A DNA stretch of 64,000 bases from the NCBI GenBank assembly GCA_036172245.1, contig JAYWIR010000023.1, forward strand, positions 2,604,001-2,668,000. Reading direction: 5' to 3'. Below the pieces are notes generated by a model that saw nothing but the letters and a program-made list of their open reading frames with translations, was not told the origin of the DNA and made no database searches. This DNA comes from Raillietiella orientalis (lineage: Eukaryota). Positions 53,705 to 64,000 of the stretch are shown here, piece after piece. Made by a program: the position numbers and the translations under genes. Positions within the stretch are counted from its first letter, which is position 1; the number at the start of each line of letters is the position of its first letter.

Positions 53705-55875
53705 ATGCCAAATTTTAGTTTTGGTATAGAAGAAATTGGCATTCCAGGAAGTGCAGACTTACGAGATGCTCTGACAAATTGTTCAGATCCCCTGAAAGCA
53801 ATTGAAGAATTCCAGGTCTTTTTCATTCTAGATCACTTCTTGTCAGTTAAAATATAGTTGTTGTTACCTTGAAGTTTTCAAGGTTAAAATTGTTAATTTT
53901 TTGCAAATATTCTTTAATTTGATGTTTTCATGTATGAAAGTGGTATTAAAAGTAACTACGCTTTTTGCAACTTTCGTCTTCATCATGCACTCATAATTCT
54001 AGGTGGAGAATTCTATTCTTTTGCCATCTCTTAGATCCATGTTACCTTTGCTTGATTTACATTCCTTGAGAAGGCTTGATTTTTATCAATCAGTATTGGA
54101 GGTAGAATGATGTATGCATTGTGGCTTTTTTTATTAGATAAATGTAGGAATTAAGGGAGAAACTTGTGGAAAAAATAACTGAAATTGGTCAAAGTGAAGA
54201 TAAAGTTCGAAGTAGCAAATTGTTAGAAATGCTGCAGAAGAGTTTTCCTGTTGTAAAAGTGCAACAGCTTACTCCTGTTGTAATGTCCATTTTGAAGCAC
54301 ATTGACAGAGTAGAGCCAAAATATTTAGAAGTTTTGGTAAGAAATATGATATTGAATTCTTTGTTAGCAGCACCTGTCTATGTAGGTTCAGGATAAACAA
54401 TTGTATAATGCTTGTGAAACAGAAGTTAAAAGGCAGATTTGGGAAGGCAATCAGTCACTTTTTGGAAGTGAAATTTCCCCTCTTTTGAAGCAATACATTC
54501 AAGAAAAAGAACAAATTTTGTTTGATCTTGAGAATCTAAATAACTTATTTTTCCAACCATCTCCCAAGGTGAGCATGTAATTTTTGGAAGCATCCAAATC
54601 TGTTTGCAGACCCGTCGGCAGGGAAAAGTGATACAGAGACTGGTGTGCATGATTGGAAAAAATCTTAAACTATATGACATGGTGTTGCAGTTTCTACGGA
54701 CGTTATTTTTACGTAGCAAAAACGTTCATTATTGTACATTACGTGCTGAACTTTTGATGGCACTACATGATATGGAAGTACAAGAAATTATTTCCGTTGA
54801 CCCATGCCATAAGTTTACTTGGTGTCTAGATGCTTGTATTCGGGAAAAGAATGTTGATATTAAAAGATCAAGAGAATTGCAGGTCAGCCTACATAATCTT
54901 TTAGTACCTAAGTTGACCCATTCAATTTATTTTATTATTTGTAGGGTTTTCTGGATAATATCCGAAAAGGACAGGAACAGATTCTTGGAGATCTTTCAAT
55001 GATATTATGTGATCCTTATGCTATTAATTTTTTGTCAATATCATGTATGAAAATTCTCAACTATGTGATTAATCAGGAAACTATGCCCAGAGTACGTACA
55101 TCTGATTGCTCCCATTTGCTAATTTCAGAAATAGGATAATACTGTTCTCATTCTGCTGCTGCGGATGCTGTCTTTGGGCTTGCAAGCTTGGGAAATGATT
55201 GATAGTCAGATTTTTAGAGAGTCTCGACTTGATCCCCAAGTAGTTACAAAATTTATTCCATCTTTGTTAAGCCTGATTGTTGATGACCAGATACGTAGTT
55301 TGAATGCTAAACTGCCTCCTGATGAGAGAGAGTCTGCTATTGCTATTATAGAGCATTCTGGTCCAGCCCCAGATACTTATCAAGCATACATACAAGAGAA
55401 TAATGTAGCTTGTACGTTAGCTATGTACTATACATTACAAACAGGACGTTCAAAGGACCGTACAGGATTGATGAGAGTACTAGGCACACTAGCAAATTCA
55501 GTGCAAAATCAAGCCTTTGAAGATCCATTTCTGCATTCTTTAACAGCAATACTTATATCTCTCACTGAAGAATTTGCTGCTGAAGATTTCTGTACAGTGA
55601 TCTTTGATGAGTTTTTCTTGACAGCAATTAGTCATGAAAATGTATGTCATCACCTGTTGAAACTGCTGTGGAACACATACCAGCATCTACCATTTGCAAG
55701 GTTGCATAGTCTCCTAAAAACTATTGAGCCATCATGTCAACACTCCCAAACGCTTATGTGTATTTTTAAGTCACTCCAAGAAAAAGTTGAATCATCCAAG
55801 AGTCCAAACCTAAGTCCAAGCAGTCAGCTGACTTCTCCAATTCATAGTGTTCCCACCCCAGGGCCAATAAGTTAG
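53705..55875 (+). CDS. NELFB: Negative elongation factor B (NELF-B / COBRA1), 7 exons, 580 aa
   Basis: Exons 53705-53815, 54003-54101, 54148-54336, 54386-54568, 54610-54882, 54945-55091 and 55135-55875 sum to 1743 nt. Motifs: DPLKAIEEFQxENxILLPSL, KLYDMVLQFLRTLF, HYCTLRAELLMALHD, DPCHKFTWCLDACIRE. Confidence 0.93.
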
Positions 55876-55939
55876 AACGACAATAACATTTAACAATTGT
55901 GATAATCTCAAGTTAATGGACTTCAGTATAAAGTTATAG

Positions 55940-58900
55940 TTATTCATATTGGGTTACAAGTACCATTACATACACTCCAACCAGCATGGCAATCACTTCC
56001 TTAACAGACTGCCACACATGAATATCTTCTAAAAGTTCTGGAATTACAGACACAGTTGCAATGTAGATGAACCCTCCTGCAGTGAATGGTAAAATCCATA
56101 CAGTGGCTCTTTCATCTGAAACAAAATGGATTTGTCGATTATGAAGTAAAATCCTAACCCAAGCCATTGGCCATTAGTGATATGGCAGTTCCTGCTAGAG
56201 CTCCAATAGCAGTGACTAACTGCAGCAGTACAGCCTATAATACTGTTTATTAATAGTTTAAATAATGACAACGTGCCTTTCTTTTGCTGCAACCAGACTG
56301 AATTAAAATGGCGAAATCTCCTATTTCATGTGGTATTTCATGGAGAAAAACCGTAACTGCTGTCATCACACCTACAGGAGACCCAAGGAGGAATGAAGCA
56401 CCAATTGCAAGGCCATCAGTCAAGTTATGCGTAAAATCAGCAGCCAAATTCAGATATCCAGCAACTTTTATGTCACCTGTTATGAGAAAAAGTTGTATTC
56501 TTGAAAATGCAAGTGAAACATAACGTTCTAATTTCAAGTACCTATAATGTTAATTCTATCTATAATATGAAGGCAGAATTAAACGAATCAAATCAATTTT
56601 TTTTCTAAGCACTGAAGCAATTTTCATACGTACTGTTAATCAGCAGCACACAGAAAGCGCAGTTGCAGAATTTTACATTCTGTTCGCAGTAAATTGGCTT
56701 CTGTTTTGATGGTCAAATCAGCTCTGGCAGTTCACTTTTGCAATTACAGTCCATCATTCACTAAACAAATATGTGATCTACTTAGGGAAAGTCATGCTGA
56801 TGGTCTATTTGCATTCAAAATAATGCTTTGCAGAGGAATTTCGCATTAATACTCTTACAATTGTATAAAAATGCATCCTTTCTAAATGTTGTCCGTTAAA
56901 GGAACCTGGACTCTGAATTCCTTATCAAATTGATCTCTGTTACCCAAATTACATATCCAATTCTCCCTTTTATCTTTCACACATAATTGGCCTGGCATCT
57001 GTGGATACTTTTCGTTCGTTATTTCTTTCATGATTGGTGTCAACACATTAAAAAGTGATTAAGGATCACAAACACTGCATAGATTGTCTCTAAATTACTT
57101 GCAGCAATGACGTATTTCGAATTCATGTGCGCGCAGCAGTCCTAGTCTTATCGTTTACACCTATCATTATCTTTTTTTATTCCAATACATCTATGGACAT
57201 TAAGTCTCCCATGTGTACATGGTAGCATTTACACCAAATACAACCACCTGCCCTTAAAACAAGCATACAGAAAGTCCATGAAAATTTTAACTCATTTCGC
57301 TGTTCCCGCTTTGCGTTTGAGATGCTTGAAAGCTTGCTTTGACAAAATTCCTATTCGTATAAGCATTCGATCATTACTAAAGAACCAAATAATAGTTGTG
57401 CAAGGGAATTCGCTTTGCCCTTTGCATGTCTGGAAGTTGCAAATTTATGAACCGGTGGAATCATAAAGAAAACCTGGTTTCAGGATCACGGCATAATTGC
57501 TTGGGATTACTAAAACGAATACAGATCAGTTGACGTTTCTTTTGAAATTATTCCAAACCTAACTTAGATACATGTACAAAACTCTTAATACGTGTCCATT
57601 ATGAATGTTCAGAAAACATAAGTATTATCAAATTTTAAGGCACAGGACACCACATTTGCCTTTACTGTCATTTACTAGGAGAAATACACTCCAACAGTCT
57701 GGAGAAACAACTACAATGTTTCCTACGGTAAAAAGTTCTACCTCTTGTACGTCCAAAACAAGCATGCTTTCTGTTTGTTTACTGATTTTATGAGGTTCCA
57801 GAAGACGTGACTATGCCATGAATCTGCTAGGAGGCTGTCGGCGTAGTCATGGTTTCGACAACGTAGCCGAACTTTCTTGGACAAAAAGTTGGTGAGTGAG
57901 GTAAACTTATCGATTCACGGCAGTTGCGATAACTCTATTTGTGTGGTCTAACTTAAAAGAAATAAATCAAAATAGCGACTGCCCTAATTATCAACTTATC
58001 ATCATGTGGGCACACCTACACTGGAAGGGGATCGCAGAAATGACCCTGCATTGAGAAGGTATAAACTATGGGTCACATCTCATTAGTCGCTCATGCAATG
58101 CACGAACAATAAATTAAGATACACGAATTTACATGACAAACAGAATTACATAATTTATGCGTGATGAGGAGCACATCAAGAAATCGCGGCATGCATCCAC
58201 AAATTACTCCATTGGGAATGCAAGGACACATTTCGCTGATGATCCTTTATGAACTTTAACCTCTCCCAAAACACACAACTTTAAAAGTTTTTGTGGAAGG
58301 GAAAAGGACAACACCATGTAAAAAGAACGAAGCTCACAGCACTTTAACAAAAAACATGAATAAAAACAGTAGACTTATAAAGTTCGAATTATAATAGTAT
58401 CTTTCTGATTTTGAGCTTTCGTTCCCAATAAATGACAGATTCTCCGGCAAATAAGCCAATTTCAGTGACGTCACAGAATACTGATTTAGATAACTTCTAC
58501 AAGACAGCAACCTGACCTAAGTCACCAAATATTGGAAAAATTCTGTGTTTCAAGTTTTCCCATATAATTCACCAATGTATGGTTAAAAAACTTATTCCAT
58601 GCGATCAAATATTTCATGAATAGTAATCACAGAATGCAAATTTACGAAGACATGCACTGCTGTTCCGAAGCTCGGATCTACTACAACTCTAAATTTTACC
58701 ATGAAATTATCTGAACTACATTCCACTAGAAAATTTTCGTGTATCCCTGCTCTTCTTATTTAATGTGTATTTACAACTGATCTTCATGAAACAAGCAAAG
58801 TCATAAATAACACACTGATACATATTTCAATGTTGTATTAAATGATGGAGACAGTTTAATTTTTTTTTTGGCTCGCAAGATTACTTCTACTTTGCTGGGC

Positions 58901-61047
58901 TTTGCAAATGTCCAATTTATACGTTTACAGTAGTGGGATTACTGTAACATGAGCTAAAACAAAACGTTTCAATAGTCTTTATTCATGACCACTTTGAGGT
59001 CAATAAGAAATTGGTTAACTCGTAACAAATCATTTTCAAAAAACACTTCTTGTGAGATTCCGCAGGTCTAACACTCAGCAAAATGAAAATCAAATCGAAA
59101 CGACCGTGTCGCAATAAGAGACATAGGGTGTACTACTAAATGGACGTGTATACACAAATCACAATCAAATATTCCTAATAGCTCAAACGCGAAGGATTTG
59201 CTTTCCATAAATACATATTATAATGGTACGGTTACACATATTTTCGACCAATGCATGAAAACAATCAGCTATCGTTCGGTACTCAAAGACCACGAATTTC
59301 ACCATGGAATGAATTTACAGAAAATTAGAAAGCTATGGTTGCAACTGTGGCTTATCAGTACACAGATCACATGCAAACTAGAAATTTCCCACAGAATATC
59401 TTAATCACTTCACTTGCGCGATTGACAAATGAAAATTAAAAATCCTACACACAGAATGGACGAATCAATACTAAACAAATTTAACGGTTCAACGACTTCC
59501 GCTATTAATTACCAGAAATATACTTTCCTATAATCTGTTACGAGTGCACGCACTATTTTCGAGCATACACGGTTTGAATGTGCCAACTGGGCAAAACTTT
59601 TATAGGAGCAAACTTCTGTGCTGATGAACTCATGCGATGCAACTCAATTTTTCAACGAGACATCGTTATACACATTTAAACACGTTTTTATTCTATGCAC
59701 TCATATCCTATATCCACCCTATAGTCAGTGATTCACAAAGTGTATTCAGTAGTTTTTCCTTTCGTTGCTTTCTAGGGAAAACCAATTTTCCAAACAAGCT
59801 CGTACACTATTTAATTTTAACCGATCAATACATTCTGAATAAAATAGGAAACATGACTAATTAACAAAGCATAAAATACATTACAACTCAACTATGTGGG
59901 GAATACTTTCTAGTCTGCGCGATGGTTTCTTTCCTCATTTCAATAAAGTGAGAAAATTCTGCATGACAAATTTCTTAAGGCAGGAAATGCAAACAATCAT
60001 ACCAAAATAGCATAGATTGTGAGTTAAATGACATTAAAATTAGCAAAACAAACAGAGAAATTTTAAAAAAAATCAATTTTGTTACTTTTATCTAAACTTT
60101 TATCTGTCACAGTTTGATAGAAGTTGATTATTATTTTTGGAAACCGGCTCATTAATCTAAAAAAATTCAATGCACACACACAAATCATGGAAAAACATGT
60201 TTAAGATTTAAAAATTCAACAAAACTTCATAAGATAAATTGAAATCTCCATAAAAGTGATAAAGAAAATTAAAACAAATATTTGTTTGATGTCCAAAGCT
60301 AACTCTGTATAAAATTACATTTTTTTTTTATATTGCATATCAAGAACAAAATAACTTGCATAAATTCATACCAGTATTGTTTAATGCCTTGAATTCAGGA
60401 GTCACATTTTCTGATATGCTTGGATTGTTTTTTTTGTCACTTTTTGTCTTTGTTTCACTTTTGAAACTATGTGCATGTGCATGTGGACCTTTTGCAATTC
60501 TTACAAATTTTTCTACTAGCAGAAAGGTCAGTATTCCAGCAAGAACCCATAGTCCAACAGATATGTCATGCACTTCAACATGTTCATGATTGTGGGAATG
60601 ATTGAGTGATGAATCATGGTTGTGAGAAATTAGTGCATGAGGGATGAGATGCAAAAATGCATCTCCTAAAAGACTCCCAGACGCAAAACTCAATAATATC
60701 TTTAGGAAATTAGCATGCTCTTTACGGTTCTCAATGGGAATGACTAACAGTAAGAGAAAAGGTGCTACACTAATGATAAGTGTGGAACAAAAGGCATACA
60801 ACCACAACAGTGAAGCTGAGACTCTAGGACTTGGATTTAATGGTGGAGAACTCCCATGTTCATGAAAATGAAGATTGGATTCTTTCTGATATTTATAAAG
60901 TGGAGGTTCTGCATCATGTTTATGTTCAACAAAAGAAAACTGGTTACCCTCAGTAGGTGTACATACTTCTTCTTCTGTGAACTCTTTTGAATAAGAAAAT
61001 TCTGGATATGTTGCAGTTAAAAGAGCTAATAGAAACGCTAAATTCAT
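55940..61047 (-). CDS. SLC39A7: LIV-1/KE4 family zinc transporter ZIP7 (Catsup / SLC39A7), 4 exons, 375 aa
   Basis: Exons 61047-60372, 56476-56277, 56234-56159 and 56115-55940 sum to 1128 nt. It has a signal peptide, His-rich segments, [55 protein letters not shown] and [18 protein letters not shown]. Confidence 0.94.
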
Positions 61048-62180
61048 ATTCCTTAAGGATATATTTTACTTATTTCAATTAGGTTTATTCTGAAAAGTAC
61101 TCTGAATCACTTTTTTTCTTTTTTTTCCCCGCCCTCAAATTTCTTTTCTCAGTTTCATCTAAGCAATTTCATGTGAAATATGTTTAGAAATGTAAAAATG
61201 TTTTGATTTGGATTTGGAAAAACAATTAAAAACAGTTTGAAATGAGTTTCTAAGGATATACAAGAAATTCAAAATGGATGCATTTGTGCGGGGGTAGACA
61301 AAATAAGAAACACTATTATCATAAACACTTGGACCAGACTTTTTAGAAGCTGCAATAATCAACAAATGTGGTCATTACGTAATTGATCAATCAACTTTAT
61401 AAATGTATTCGTATACTTTCGTCAAGGCATCCATAAGCTTGCTTAAAAATGTACTGTTAGAACTGCGTTATATTGAAGGCCAAAGCAAAATACCTAACAA
61501 TACTATTACACCTATTATCATTTTTGGATGGTGAGTACATATTCTTAGATGGTTCAAGGCCAACACTGATTGTCTCATTAGGAAAAATTGACACAGATGT
61601 TCACACGTCACACCACGTTAACAAGATATGCATCTGCAGGGTTCGCCATTATCGAAATACGTCAGTAGCATATGGGAGCTGTACAAACAGAAATGATCTT
61701 CCTCGTTGCGTACGTCCTTCAAAATAGATTACTCAGGTAGTCCAATGAAATCAGACGATATTGGAAATAACAGAAACAAGAATGCATGAAAATAACACGA
61801 GGGTTGTCCATTCCATAGAGTGTGGTTTTTATGTCCATTGTTTCATTTGAGACAGTACAACCAAATCCTTGTACACATCAATTTCCGAACTGGACTCGAA
61901 ACTGGGTACGTTTCACTTCAGTTCCTGGATGTTCCAGCAATGAATTGCGATGTTAGCAATCAAAAGTAGAGCATTTGATTGCGTACGATTACTTTGGCCA
62001 CTCAGAAACAAAACTTGAGACTTCTGGTTTTTGAAGCGTGCTCAATCAATATGTCAAGAGGGATTCGAAAAAAGGCGTGTAACAAGGTTTCAATTGAATT
62101 ATAACCGTGTTTACTTTACGAAAACAAATTATGAATCGTTCACGAGGGTCAGCGATAGTGCTAGTGTAAAAAAAAAAAAA

Positions 62181-62217
62181 CATGCATATTGCACAGAATA
62201 GCTGTGCAATATGCATG
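62181..62217. repeat. Perfect 16-bp inverted repeat with a 5-nt loop
   Basis: catgcatattgcacag-aatag-ctgtgcaatatgcatg, flanked by A runs. Confidence 0.92.
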
Positions 62218-62521
62218 AAAAAAGTGCTGGTGTTGATTCTTGGTTGGTAGTCTAGATAATCAAACGAAGGAATAAAAAGATACATCAAGCCGAATTTGTG
62301 AATAAGAGATTCCAAAAATGGGATACTATAAATAGATTTGCGAAGTCGCATCCCTTCAAAAGAATTATTCCAGATCGGAAAACTCAAATAATCTTCAGAT
62401 CATCCTGCACTATTTGGCACTTTAGCACAACAGTCAATACAGTATCTTGACAATGACCGCATTGTGCAAAGCACTGCGATATCATTATTACTAAGTAATG
62501 CCAACTGATCGCCAGTACTAT

Positions 62522-62553
62522 GAAACCAGGATAATTCAAAATATCCTGGTTTC
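62522..62553. repeat. Perfect 12-bp inverted repeat with an 8-nt loop
   Basis: gaaaccaggata-attcaaaa-tatcctggtttc. Confidence 0.9.
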
Positions 62554-64000
62554 CAACAATACAAAACAGGGATTCTCATGGGAAATGAGGAAAGCGACTC
62601 GTGAAAAAGTGGATACCAAAATGATGAAATTCAAATGCCTACTACATGATACCTACAACTGGAGGAACGAACCATGATTACACAGTCTGCAAGTTGATGG
62701 ATCAACTAAGCAAAGAATCCTCCTGAAATCGTACCTACTGAAATAGCACAGGTTATGAAGACATGATGTCTCAAATTACAGTAAGCAAGAGGAAAGAGGG
62801 TTATAAAACATGTGAAAAAAAAAAAATCTGCCGAAACAAAACATGGATCTATAAAGCAAGAAACCAGGCCTCTTAAACAGTGTTAAAGATTCGGCTTGAT
62901 AGAGTGGAATCCAGTTGTCGTACACTTTTCCAAAAAGCTTAAGCACAACTACGCATAGTGAAGTCTCCCGTTGATTAAGCCTCAAGACAAACTGCACAGA
63001 ACATCGTCACACATTGAAATTGGATGCGTACCTTACGCTTGCAAATTAAATTACACTAAACTCTAACAGTAAGTTGTAAGTAGTTTTTTTTCAAAAAGGA
63101 AGAATGCTATAATGGTCGTCGAATAGTTTCGAAAATGTAAAACTGCGTCAACCAGGATCACAAATCATTATTGCGAATTACAATCAAGCTGGGATTGGAA
63201 AGTTTATTGATTGATCATTAAGAGATGTTAACAAAACTGCAATTTTAACTCTCCTCGGAATTCCATGTCTTTGAATAGCAAGCAATTTGCAAAAAGAAAG
63301 AGAAGTGTTCATTTTGGAACCTATACTTACTGAGCTCACAAACAGATTGAAAGCATTCTGAACTGTAGGTTTCATCTACTTTTTGTTTTCCTTTACTTAT
63401 TCAAATATATAAGATCATTTGCAGAAGCTCATTATTAATCCTTTATGTACAAGATAATTATAAGCAATTAATTTTTGGATAAAAAATCAAACTTCAGAAA
63501 TAAGGAAAAAGTAAGAATGTATTAAATAGTAGTATAACTCGAAGCAGAATTCCAATCTGAAACTCTGAATTTGTCAATAATTGGAAAGAACAGTATAGCA
63601 TCCATTCCTTCATACACCTCCTGATATCAGGAATACTATTTTGCATCAATGTAGAATTTCCGAATTAATATCCGATGCATTTTATAATATCACATTTCTT
63701 AACGCTGCAAGAAACAAATAAACTATGATGGCATGGCCAGACTTCGGCGCCAAATACCTGTTTGTTTGTTTTTTTCCTCGCTGACTTCAGGTTTACTGAC
63801 TCTCCCGAGCGGCCCTCCCGAGGGAAAAGACCTAACGGCTTGGAACACTCAGTCCTTCGGTCGGATGCCTTCGCTAGGAAGGCAGGCTGCAGCAGCAGCA
63901 GCAGAAGAAGAGAGACCGCTGCCCTGTCTGCTGGGTTGGCTCCATTCCAGCTCTCTTAGACGTGGTCTGTCTTGGACATCATCCAGAAGAAGATCCGTAT

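Noticed and set aside
56477..60371. 3.9-kb ZIP7 intron 1 as a host for a nested gene or transposon
   Set aside because: No convincing ORF, terminal repeats or TSD were found by eye.
63740..64000. GC-richer sequence at the window end, possibly another repeat
   Set aside because: Truncated, with no demonstrable homology.

Overview
Animal (probably arthropod or other invertebrate) genomic DNA in three zones. (1) About 1-18.7 kb is a field of decayed repeats: at least six fragments of one L1/Tx1-like non-LTR retrotransposon family, two copies of a tRNA-like double-B-box element, and a 400-bp foldback. (2) 19.9-40.8 kb is a 10-exon SLC6 Na+/Cl- transporter gene (GABA/taurine-like, 575 aa) whose 5' half is extremely GC/CpG-rich and whose 3' end is AT-rich. 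(3) 48.9-61 kb is a compact AT-rich housekeeping cluster with 40-50 nt introns: UAP56/DDX39B (-), an intronless casein kinase 1 alpha (+), NELF-B (+) and ZIP7/SLC39A7 (-). The most interesting signals are in UAP56. It hosts intronic C/D snoRNAs resembling the GAS5-hosted U74 and U81. A perfect palindrome could sequester one snoRNA C box, an AG|GTAAGT site sits directly before the ATG, and one long intron carries an orphan C/D candidate. The cluster also links orthologues of vertebrate MHC and MHC-paralogon genes. Exons were assigned by eye from splice consensus and frame continuity; no database searches were run.
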